From an uncultured Methanosarcinaceae archaeon (GTDB lineage Archaea > Halobacteriota > Methanosarcinia > Methanosarcinales > Methanosarcinaceae): 49,887 bases of DNA. This document shows, in pieces, positions 40,616 through 49,887 of this stretch. The stretch spans positions 1 to 49,887 of the forward strand of contig CAVRJG010000050.1 in assembly GCA_963721455.1 (NCBI GenBank), given 5' to 3'. Below the pieces are notes generated by a model, which did no database searches, had not been told where the DNA came from, and worked only from the letters and a program-made list of their open reading frames with translations. The translations under genes and the position numbers were made by a program. How positions within the stretch are numbered: position 1 is the first letter of the stretch; every line of letters begins with the position of its first letter.

Positions 40616-41977
40616 TCACTGAGGCCCTGCATACAATGCCTCAAGCCATGGAAAATCTTTTTTCATAGATATATCCTTATTTACCTGTTCCACATACCCC
40701 TTATCAACGTTAACGTCGGATGTAGAATTTGCATAGAGATAGTTCCCACCAGCGTTGTTCGAAAGGCAGTTATTTACCAGAATAAATGAATGGGTGGTAT
40801 TCAACTTATTAAATATAGCATACCCTTTTCCAGCTGCATGACTAGACTGTGTATTAATTAGTATATTGTTTTTTACAACAGTTGTATAGCCTGAATCAGG
40901 AGCTGCAAATTCATCAGTAACCTGTCTATGGGCAATAGCTGCACCATAACATCCGTCAAACAGGTTATTTTCTATAAGAGTGTTCTGGAAACCATTGAGC
41001 ACTATACCCCCTGCCCAGTTAGCATCCAAGTTAGTACCGGTTTTGTAAAATTTATTATTATGGATATATATGTCTTTTGCAGTATCTTTAGAGTACTTTG
41101 ATCCATAACCCGTAATCCAGACACCTGCGGTATTGGTCTCATACAGAAGGTTATTGTAGATTTCTATGTCATCCATAACGGTTGACGGGCCATCTTTTTG
41201 AACCTGGATTCCTGCGCCGCCTTCTCCCTCGGAGTTAATGGTATTGTTGTAGAACTTTACATGGTTCGAGTTCCATATTCGAAGTCCACTATTAGTCCTG
41301 CAGGTTATTTTGTTGTTCCAAGCTTCTATGTTTGAAGAATAGATCGCGTAGAGGGCATCATGCCCTAACTTGTACACTTTGTTATTGTAAAACTGAATGT
41401 TTGAACACCTTGAAACTTTCAGCCCGTCTCCATGGCTGTCGTGCATGTACATGTCATGCACCTGTATGTTTTCGGAGTTGAGGAAGTGAATAAGATTGTA
41501 ATAGCTTTTTCCTCTCGCTTTGTCACTATTCCTGTCATGATTTCCGTCAATTTCAAATCCCCTTATGATAATATTATTATTTCCGGAGCTGTCCGCCTGC
41601 GTGATTATAGGTTTTTCTGTTGGCCAACCCGCTTTGTCTTCAAGTTTAAGAATAGATGTGGAATCTCCTTCCAGAATCGTATTGCTTCCAATAAAAATAC
41701 TATCTGAGATTACATATGTAGTATTACCTTCCAAATGAACGGTTGTGTACTGAGGGTTTTCCACCACGTAAGCAAGAGCCTTATTTATTTCGACCTGATC
41801 ATCAATACCATCACAGTTGAAATCTCCACTCCCATTGGCAGTTACATACACTATCTTACCAGAAGGTTTAGATGACAGGAAGAGAATTATAATTGCGATT
41901 ATAAAAATGAAAATCAAGCTGAAAATTATTATTTTTTTTCTGTTTCCCCACATGTTGATTCGCATTTTTTCGTCCAT
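40616..41977 (-). CDS. Second membrane-anchored beta-helix protein, paralog of 35411-36877
   Basis: Shared CDGIDDQVEIN.AL, MHD.HGDGLKV, VYKLGHD, CRTN.GLR blocks. Confidence 0.82.
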   Translation of the reverse strand: MDEKMRINMWGNRKKIIIFSLIFIFIIAIIILFLSSKPSGKIVYVTANGSGDFNCDGIDDQVEINKALAYVVENPQYTTVHLEGNTTYVISDSIFIGSNTILEGDSTSILKLEDKAGWPTEKPIITQADSSGNNNIIIRGFEIDGNHDRNSDKARGKSYYNLIHFLNSENIQVHDMYMHDSHGDGLKVSRCSNIQFYNNKVYKLGHDALYAIYSSNIEAWNNKITCRTNSGLRIWNSNHVKFYNNTINSEGEGGAGIQVQKDGPSTVMDDIEIYNNLLYETNTAGVWITGYGSKYSKDTAKDIYIHNNKFYKTGTNLDANWAGGIVLNGFQNTLIENNLFDGCYGAAIAHRQVTDEFAAPDSGYTTVVKNNILINTQSSHAAGKGYAIFNKLNTTHSFILVNNCLSNNAGGNYLYANSTSDVNVDKGYVEQVNKDISMKKDFPWLEALYAGPQ

Positions 41978-42265
41978 TTTTGCATCCCCAAATACATTAA
42001 ACTATAAACTACTTACATTAAAAATTAATATGTTGAAAGCTGCAAAAATCTATAAGAAAGTTTTGAATCCTTGTAACTGCTTGGATAGTAACTGCTTGGA
42101 TATCAACATTTAAGTCCTCAAAGTATACATTTAACTTTAAACATATATAGAAACTGAATATTCAGAAGTATATCATAATAATCCATCGAACGTCTTTGGA
42201 AAGTGTTTTGTCCAGTAAAATTCTCCGAAGATGTTTAAAAATTCGGCTGGCAGCGGATCAGCAGA

Positions 42266-43399
42266 TCAATCTAGAGACTTCCTTAAACGAGCCATGAATC
42301 CTTCATAACCTGTAGATGACCCCTTTTTTCCCAATATGAAAGGCAAATAATTGTTTATGATAAAAATTATAGGCACCAAGAGGAGAAGGTTTAGCATCGT
42401 TAAGCTCAGTGCAAAAGCTGTTTTGCAATAGAAACACTCAAGCTCTATCCCAAAAATGATAACTGTAAGTTTTGTCAGGACATCCTTTATAGGAAAGTGA
42501 AGTGCAAGCACAATTAAGCTGTTTCTGCCGTAATATTCCAGTATTTTTAAACTACCTATTTTTTTGAACAAATAAACAAAGGCAAAGATTCCTGAAAAAG
42601 CTAATAAGTAAAAAGAGAAAAATCCCCCATATTTCAGTACATTCATATTGATTTTATCTGTTGGAAACTCAAGGAGATAAGCGAAATATGTCAGGTTCAG
42701 AAGGATAAAGATTCCAAGAAAAAGATTATCAAATCGAATGAACATTTCTCGGAATCCCGAGTTTAACTCCATAGTGAAACCAGCTTCTGATTCTGCTTCC
42801 GATTCGGTGAATTTTTTAAGTGAATTTCCGGCTCCGTAAAAGACCACTGCCGAGAGAGCTACATCAGCGTTCCAGGGCAGCCTGAAAGGCACATATACAG
42901 AATAGAGATACCCGACAATTCCGGCAGCAGTAAGCCAAAGTACAAGTTTTCTCGGTTCTCCGTAATACTTCTTCGCAAATACATAAAAGAGAAGCTCAGT
43001 TACGAAAAGGCAGGTCAGAAACCAGAGAGGAGGATTATAAGAGACAAGGGGACCCAGTGCATACAGAATAGAATAAATCCCATAAAGAGCACTGGCTTCA
43101 AAAAAATCAATATTTGTAACTCCTGGCTGGAACCCTGTATCAAGCAAAAAGTAAAACAAACAGGTAAGCAATGCAAAACAGAAGTAAGGTATGATCAAAG
43201 ACCTGAATCTCCCCTTTACAAAATTCGAAGCTGATCCTGCATATTTTCCAAAGTCAAACAAAAATCCAGAGATGAAAAAGAAGAGTGGCATATGAAACGA
43301 GAAAATATAAGTATCAAGCGCTATCGGTAAGCTATGATGCGCAAATACTACAAGCATAATTCCAAGCCCTTTTAAGGCGTCAATCCAGTGGAGCCTCAT
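42266..43399 (-). CDS. Acyltransferase-3 family membrane O-acyltransferase
   Basis: IDALKGLGIMLVVFAH, FHMPLFFFISG, LWFL, GRNSL...H. Confidence 0.9.
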   Translation of the reverse strand: MRLHWIDALKGLGIMLVVFAHHSLPIALDTYIFSFHMPLFFFISGFLFDFGKYAGSASNFVKGRFRSLIIPYFCFALLTCLFYFLLDTGFQPGVTNIDFFEASALYGIYSILYALGPLVSYNPPLWFLTCLFVTELLFYVFAKKYYGEPRKLVLWLTAAGIVGYLYSVYVPFRLPWNADVALSAVVFYGAGNSLKKFTESEAESEAGFTMELNSGFREMFIRFDNLFLGIFILLNLTYFAYLLEFPTDKINMNVLKYGGFFSFYLLAFSGIFAFVYLFKKIGSLKILEYYGRNSLIVLALHFPIKDVLTKLTVIIFGIELECFYCKTAFALSLTMLNLLLLVPIIFIINNYLPFILGKKGSSTGYEGFMARLRKSLD

Positions 43400-43570
43400 A
43401 TTAACCCAATAAGTTAACAGTGTTTACAGTATAATAATATTTTGTGAGTTGTATCGAGTTTCTATCATTTTTGGATATTACCAAAACTTCCACCATCTCT
43501 TTTTATCCCAGGTGCTTCTATTGCCTTTTGATTAATCAATGTTTGAACCTGCAGGAAGTATTGTTACTTA

Positions 43571-43840
43571 CTTTCGGCAGGTCGACATTTAATTTTTGAT
43601 AATTTTTGCTGATGGCGATTTTGAAATGAGGCACCATAATTATGTGCAGTTGTTAGGTTTACATATGACCAATTATTAATTTCTCATACTAGACTTTAAT
43701 GAAAAAATGATTCAGTACTTATATATGTCGTGGGAGTTGAGCTACACGTTAACCAACTTTAAACATAATACATAGTTAGCTAATATTCAAAAACGGCATC
43801 AAGAAAAATAGTCTAATTTATATTGTCGACCTGCCGAAAG
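43571..43840. mobile_element. MITE, 270 bp, 17-bp perfect TIR ctttcggcaggtcgaca
   Basis: TIR read directly; AT-rich non-coding interior; no clear target duplication. Confidence 0.8.
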
Positions 43841-44069
43841 CAGGTTGTTATAAGTTGTTTTTAGGTCTTCTTTGTCACTTTCTGCCTTATCGAGTTCTTT
43901 TATTAATGTGGAATTATGCCTTTCGAATTCTTCAGTCCTAGCGCGCAGCTGGAGAAGTTCTCCAGGCTTCCGGGCTTCCTACAGAGAATATTTAAGCTTT
44001 ATGTTTTCGACTTGCAGCGCCTTGATATCCTTTTTGTATCATTTTATATCCTGCCATGAAGGGGAGGTA

Positions 44070-44320
44070 TTTATTGATAAGAAAGATCACAGGAACCAAG
44101 CTGAGAAGGTTCAGCACTGTTAAGATCAGTGCAAAAGAGGTTGTGCAACAGAAACAATGGGTCTAGATTCCAAAAATCAGAACTGCAAGTTTTGTCAGTA
44201 CATCCTTCATAAGAAAGTGAAGCGCAAGCACAATCAGGCTGTTTCTTCCGTAATATTCTAATATTTTTGATATCTTTATATTTTTTTAAAAGATAAAAAC
44301 CCTGAAATACAAAAGAAGAG
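44070..44320 (-). pseudogene. Decayed 3' fragment of an acyltransferase-3 paralog
   Basis: DNA similarity to ~42350-42600 (ILEYYGRNSLIVLALHF segment) with an internal stop. Confidence 0.75.
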
Positions 44321-44391
44321 CAGAGGATTTCTTCTGAGCATAGAGATTTTATGGACATATACATATCGCCACATAATAACAGGTAGTGAAA

Positions 44392-44893
44392 TGCGACAAA
44401 ACGAAAAATGACCATTTCCTTGATATGCTTGACAAAGCTGAAGAACGTGGTTTTAATCCCGAATTTGTTTTGTTTGATACATGGTATGCAAGTGTGAAAA
44501 ACCTTAAAGCCATAAGGAAGAAAGAATGGCATTTCCTTACGAGGTTAAAAAATAATCGTTTGGTAAATCCTGACAACAAGGGAAACGTACCACTTGAAAC
44601 AGTAGATATTCCTCCAGAAGGACTTGTGGTTCATCTCAAAGCATATGGATTTGTAAATGTGTTTCGGATTGTTTCAAAAGATGGAGACACGCAACACTGG
44701 GTTACAGATGTGCAGGATATGGATGAATCAAAACGTGAGGATTTGGCAAAGAAATCATGGAAAATTGAGGAATATCATAGAGGGATAAAGCAGTTCTGTG
44801 GTGTCGAAAAATGTCAGGCAAGGAAGGAAGAGTCACAAAGAGCACATATAATGTTCTCATTAAGAGCTTTTTTCAGACTGGAATTACAAAGAA
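44392..44893 (+). pseudogene. Internal fragment of IS701-family transposase
   Basis: Near-identical to 47380-47884; both ends missing. Confidence 0.9.
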
Positions 44894-44990
44894 TTATAAT
44901 GATTATAAAATAGGTACTTCTATACGTGCCGAACATAATGTTGATCACATATCACACGACACACAACTTGTCGTTCCAGTTAAATATAAT

Positions 44991-45292
44991 AGGACTTACG
45001 CGGTTGAACTGAGAAATCAAGGCTCTTCGCTGTTTTGTATGGGTTGAAAATAATTGCTTAGTTAGACAGTTGTCCGGCCAAAATGAAAAACATCGAGCTT
45101 GACTGTGATTTTCAACAACAAACGTTCCTCAATTTTATGCAAGCTACTTCCGTAGTTAGAAATGGATGTAAATTACCCACTCGAAACAGCGAAGAGCCGA
45201 AATCAATAACACTAAACCTTCAATTGTTTAAAAAGTGAATTTAACTACAACGTCTAATGCACTTGATTTTATACTTCAAGTGCGTAAGTCCT
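44991..45292. mobile_element. IS701-ended MITE carrying a nested MITE
   Basis: aggacttacgc ... gcgtaagtcct ends. Confidence 0.8.
45021..45198. mobile_element. Nested MITE, TIR ggctcttcgctgttt, 8-bp target duplication gaaatcaa
   Basis: TSD at 45013-45020 and 45199-45206; inverted diverged copy at 45364-45541. Confidence 0.88.
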
Positions 45293-45363
45293 ACTTATAT
45301 TAGTTTAATTAGACGTGTGGACGTGTGCACGAGACGACAAGACAAACAACAATTATAATTTTT

Positions 45364-45541
45364 GGCTCTTCGCTTTTTCGAGTGGGTATTCGTATCCACT
45401 TCCTGAACGTGAGAGTGACATATCTAATATTTAGAAACGTTTGTTGTGAAATCTCACATGCAAGATCGATTTTTATCTTTTTGCCATGATAACTTTCTGA
45501 TTACACAATTATTTTCAACCCATACAAAACAGCGAAGAACC
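45364..45541. mobile_element. MITE, inverted copy of 45021-45198
   Basis: ggctcttcgct...agcgaagaacc with shared interior blocks. Confidence 0.8.
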
Positions 45542-45547
45542 TTATTC

Positions 45548-45667
45548 GGTTCTGTAGAAATCCTCTAAAATACAGAATCCCCATTAATTTAGATTGAATG
45601 GTCTGATATTTTTACTCTTTTATTATTAGTCTCTTGATGCTGATTTAGATAGGTTTTCTACAAAGCC
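45548..45667. mobile_element. MITE with TIR ggttctgtagaaa
   Basis: Right end tttctacaaagcc; matching solo left end at 29531. Confidence 0.7.
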
Positions 45668-45936
45668 ATTTATCCAGAAATTCACCTACTTGTGCTCTGC
45701 ATCTCATTTCCCACTTAATCTGAAAATCTTTTAGGTTTTGGTTTTCCGTATACAGGTAAGCTTAGAAAACGAGTGCATTTGAGCAAAGTGCATTTAAAAT
45801 GAAATATCAACCAGCTAATGGGGCAACACTGCCCATGAAAAATACTGATGAAATTCTCATTGACTTGAGAATAAAATTGGTTTTAGAATGAGCTCAAAGC
45901 TTAAATCTCTGTTTTGGTAGAAACAATTTCTTGACT

Positions 45937-46170
45937 TTACCACAAGCCAATCAATTTGAGAGAATATAAAAAAATAATTCCTGACAGGATATTGATTGCT
46001 ACAAGCTGACCTTTTCTTTTATTCCATCTTTTCGCCATGATATGATTTACCCAGTAAGCCGTCGAAGTTGCCATCATCCCAATCACAAAAGCCACAACAA
46101 CATCAGGGAACCCAAAAATCCTACTGAGGATAAACCCAACTCCTCCAACTACACACACAGGACAGACCAT
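45937..46170 (-). CDS. Small membrane protein with N-terminal CxxC
   Basis: MVCPVC then ~3 hydrophobic segments; strong aggaggag RBS. Confidence 0.75.
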   Translation of the reverse strand: MVCPVCVVGGVGFILSRIFGFPDVVVAFVIGMMATSTAYWVNHIMAKRWNKRKGQLVAINILSGIIFLYSLKLIGLW

Positions 46171-46544
46171 ATTACTCCTCCTTGTTTTTGCCTCTATTCA
46201 AGCAATTAAATAAATCCCCACAAATTTGCATATCCAGACAAATTATATAGAATAAAAAGATTCAAAAATATAAATAAACATATATAAGAAAAAGCAGGAA
46301 TAATAATAAGTATCTTAGAAAGTTAAAAATGTATTTGATTATTTAGAGACTATCTTAAAATTCAAACAATTTCTACAATTGGGATAGGACTTATGCATTT
46401 GAACTGAAAAATGAGGCAGTGTCGCAAATTTGCTGTAAATTCGAAGTTAAGTTTTTATGTACTGTGTGTAATTTCGTTCTTCCGATATGGAATTTTTAAA
46501 CTACCAACTTTTTGAGATTTATGATTTTACAGCAAAATCGGCAC

Positions 46545-46751
46545 ACTGCCTATAATCTCCTGCAAGCCCGTGTATCAGATAATAATCGAAGTATGGAAAG
46601 TGAAATCAGTGATGAGAGCGTTGCTGTCTGGTTTCATTCTGATAAAATAGGCTTCCTCCTTGCAACTGTTGATGATTTTCTCATGAATGTTAAAATCGGG
46701 GAGGGGATCGAACAGGTTCTGGAAAAAGGAGACATAATCCGGGAAAGCTAA
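46545..46751 (+). pseudogene. C-terminal remnant of KEOPS Pcc1-like protein
   Basis: DN...M....LLATVDDFLMNVKI pattern; 5' part replaced by MITE sequence. Confidence 0.5.
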
Positions 46752-46897
46752 ATTTATTTCCCAGTTTTTCTTTCTTCCCTTTATTTTCTTTCCTTTGCCT
46801 TCTATAGTAAACTTACGAATTAATTACACTTTTAAAAACCAATTATAGTTTAAAATGTAAATATTTACACTTAAGCCGCTATGGGTTTTATAACTAC

Positions 46898-47900
46898 TAG
46901 GACTTACGCATTTGAAATGCCGAAAAAGTAATATCATTTAAAATATACTAATATCTCCATAGTTCCCCAAAAACGTACGGAGTTATGGATATAAACCCAC
47001 CCAAGTGTAGTGACATTGATTTCATTAATTTTCTCATTGCAGCATCTAACGTTTTCAGCTGTACTGAAGCTGCTAGATGTTATCCAATCGTAGCTAATGC
47101 TCCTTCTCATGATGCTTTCACTCGTTGCCTTCAAAGGCAACCTCCAGACACAGAAGTATTATGGGAAGAAGTAAAAAGTCATGTTAAGCCTGAAGAAGGC
47201 TTTCTAATTGTTGACGATTCAACATTAGATAAACCATACGCAAAAGAAATGGCTCTTGTTCGTCGTATGTGGAGTGGAAAACATCATCTTGCTGTAAAGG
47301 GGATAGGTTTGGTCACCTTAGTTTGGACAGACGGTACAACTGTTATACCTATCGATTTTCGAATTTATAACATTGATGAAGACGACAAAACAAAGAATGA
47401 CCATTTCCGCGATATGCTTGACAAAGCCGAAGAACGTGGTTTTAATCCCGAATTTGTTTTGTTTGATACATGGTACGCAAGTGTGAAAAACCTTAAAGCA
47501 ATAAGGACGAAAGAATGGCATTTCCTTACAAGGTTAAAGAAAAATCGTTTGGTAAATCCTGACAAGAAGGGAAATGTGCCACTTGAAACAGTAGATATTC
47601 CCCCAAAAGGACTTGTGGTTCATCTCAAAGCATATGGATTTGTAAAGGTGTTTCGGATTGTTTCAAAAGATGGAGACACGCAACACTGGGTTACAGATGT
47701 ACAGGATATGGATGAATCAAAACGTGAAGATTTGGCAAAGAAGTCATGGAAAATTGAGGAATACCACAGAGGAATAAAGCAGTTCTGTGGTGTCGAAAAA
47801 TGTCAGGCAAGAAAGGAAGAGTCACAAAGAGCACATATAATGTTCTCATTAAGAGCTTTCCTTAGACTGGAGTTACAAAGAATCAAAACGGGGATATCCC
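46898..47900 (+). mobile_element. IS701-family element, right end deleted (transposase from 46985)
   Basis: Left IR aggacttacgca after CT; DDSTLDKPY, FDTWY, WKIEEYHRGIKQ; runs into foreign MFS DNA at ~47900. Confidence 0.88.
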
Positions 47901-48475
47901 TGGTTAACTACCAGGCCTATAATTCCAATGATAAGATAAGAAGTGCGCCAGTCAGTAATAGAGATTAGCCATTCAGCTATAGGGCCGATAAATCCACCGA
48001 TGCCCAGTCCTGCAAGGACTATGCCCATAATCATGGTCCGCCTGGCCACAAACCATCTGGCTACGGTTGACATGAGCGGTACCCAGGATCCTCCCATGGC
48101 AATGCCAATGATAAGCCCATATAACAGGTACAATTGCCATAGTGCAGTAACCCAGCAGATGATTATATAACCCAAACCCATAAGCAGTCCGCATAGTGTA
48201 ACTACCAACCGGGGGCCGAATTTGTCGGTCAGCCTTCCCATCAGGATAGCGGAGAAGCCGCTGATAAGCAGGGATAGTGAAAAGGCGCCGGAGGTCTCTG
48301 CCCGGGTCCAGCCGAACTCCGCTACCATAGATTTGAAGAAAATGCCGAAAGCATGAAAGGTGACCCGACGTTTTACTGCCATGATGATAAATGCACCGGC
48401 GGCTACGGCATAGCCATAGGAAGAATTTTGATATTCTGAAGCATGGGCCGGGCGGGTATCGTGAGAAGTTGTCAC
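47900..48475 (-). pseudogene. N-terminal half of an MFS transporter (MCT/OFA-like)
   Basis: EFGWTRAETSGAFS, GRLTDKFGPR motif A, VARWF..RR; truncated after ~6 TMs. Confidence 0.82.
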
Positions 48476-48745
48476 AGTGAACCTCCTCTTCAGCAGCTTT
48501 TATTCGTGAGATTGGAGCATTATAGCATATGAAGAAGGGCTGACAACCTAGATTACTCTTTGATTACGCCCATACTTTCAACCAGAGTTAATTCTATTAA
48601 GAAAACAATGTTTGTTTTTCTGAAAGATTACCTTAAAATTACATAATATTTTAACTTTTTTCGTCCCGATTTTATGATTTCTTAAGTGTTTGTTTACTAT
48701 AATTGTCAATATAGGTAAGGCAATCTTTTTAAAGGAGGTGCTTGC

Positions 48746-49030
48746 ATGCTATTCCAGGTTGTTCATGCTCATACCAGCGAAACGTGTCCGGCCCAATCGA
48801 CTGGTGCGGCCAAGCGTTTTGGCGAATGGTGGCAGACCATGAAGAAAACACTGGGCGTGAAAGTGCTGGTAGGAACCGTCTCCCCGTTGGACCATACTTT
48901 TTACATCACTGTGGAGGCCGATGACTATCCGACTTTAGCGCGAGCACTGGGGCAGCTTGTAAGCATAGGGACGGGAAATGTCAGCCCTGTTCTTACGCTG
49001 GACCAGTCATTTCCTATGGCTGAAGCTGGT
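48746..49030 (+). CDS. Small hypothetical protein (ferredoxin-like/GYD-type fold suspected), 94 aa ending ...FRASK
   Basis: aggaggtg RBS; HAHTSETCP and HTFYITVEADD; TAG read near 49029-49031, so the end coordinate is approximate. Confidence 0.6.
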
Positions 49031-49210
49031 GCCTTTCGCGCCTCCAAATAGTGCCATTCTTGACGGCAGTGGCAACGTCTTGAACGCAGCTGAGGAAGGC
49101 GGTAAATACCTCTTCGACCAGGTTACACGTAACCTCTTAGGTGTTTCTGTAGACGTCCGAGGAAGATATAGAAAGGCAGCTTTTACGCTGTCTCTTTCAT
49201 TTTTAGAAGA

Positions 49211-49740
49211 TCATTTAGCCAAATGGAATGTTTCATACCACACCAGGGCCTTCAACGGTTTCCTGGTTTTGTCATGCCTTTCTGGAGATGCGCTTTCACC
49301 GGCAGCGTACCCAATACCGAGTATATTAATCGGTTCAATATCATCAGGTAGATTAAACTCTTTTTTAATAACGTCTGGCTTGAAATAACATACCCAAATT
49401 GTTCCCAGACCTAATTCCGTAGCTTGTAGCATCATATGGTCGGTTACGATGCTTGTATCTATATCGAGTAAGGTTTTACCATCATATGGCCGTTTCCAGA
49501 TGCTATTTTTATCTCCGCACACAATGATGGCTAAAGGTGCCCCGTATAGGTTCCAGGCTTTTTTGAGTTTTGTAAGTCCTTCATCTTCTTTTACGACGAT
49601 GAGCCGTTGAGGTTGCATATTAGCTCCTGTCGGAGCTATCCTGCCAGCTTCTAAAATCTTAATTAATTTTTCCTTTTCTACTTTTCTTGTTTGATATTGA
49701 CGAACAGAATACCTTTTTTAGCTAATTCCAAAAAATCCAT
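49211..49740 (-). pseudogene. Nitroreductase family protein with a 1-nt homopolymer frameshift near 49715
   Basis: MDFLELAKK / RYSVRQY offset by one base; APTGANMQP, MMLQATELGLGTIW, GIGY. Confidence 0.85.
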
Positions 49741-49887
49741 TCTGGTCCTGCCCTCCTGATAACCCTGTGTCAACTGAACAAAACTCTACATTTTGATTAG
49801 GTTTTAGGGAATTCTGTGTAAGTACTATCTAAACATTATAACACTGGCAGCCGAACACGCAGTAAGCAGACTATCTAAGAGACTTAT

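Noticed and set aside
43860-44060. Minus-strand coiled-coil coding remnant with an in-frame TAG
   Set aside because: Bounded by a MITE and a pseudogene; too short to assign or to argue pyrrolysine readthrough

Overview
Archaeal DNA, most likely a Methanosarcina-type methanogen (inferred from MTH865-type protein, archaeal pilin, archaeosortase, disaggregatase-like beta-helix proteins, Pcc1 remnant and the IS/MITE end types). The window is an IS-riddled accessory region. Positions ~4.75-20.25 kb look like a decayed integrated plasmid/virus-like element. It begins with a truncated integrase and carries IS6-type ends throughout. Its cargo includes a NifH-NifD/E fusion plus NifK-like operon, arsR-arsM and a row of small early-type genes with a repeated intergenic element. 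It also has an intact-looking ParA + RHH protein + 16-bp repeat centromere and a gene-free origin-like zone with CCTAACA motifs, a symmetric inverted repeat and a 94/84-bp tandem array. Outside it lie a TnpB IS200/IS605 element inserted silently at a stop codon, a YhaO/YhaN (Mre11/SMC-like) pair, a truncated helicase-nuclease, a Gly/Cys/Phe repeat peptide, IS630, metal-resistance genes, a surface-polysaccharide/archaeosortase cluster, nested MITEs, IS701 fragments and a GC-rich foreign patch. Several single-base frameshifts may be sequencing errors. No rRNA, tRNA or CRISPR array was recognised.
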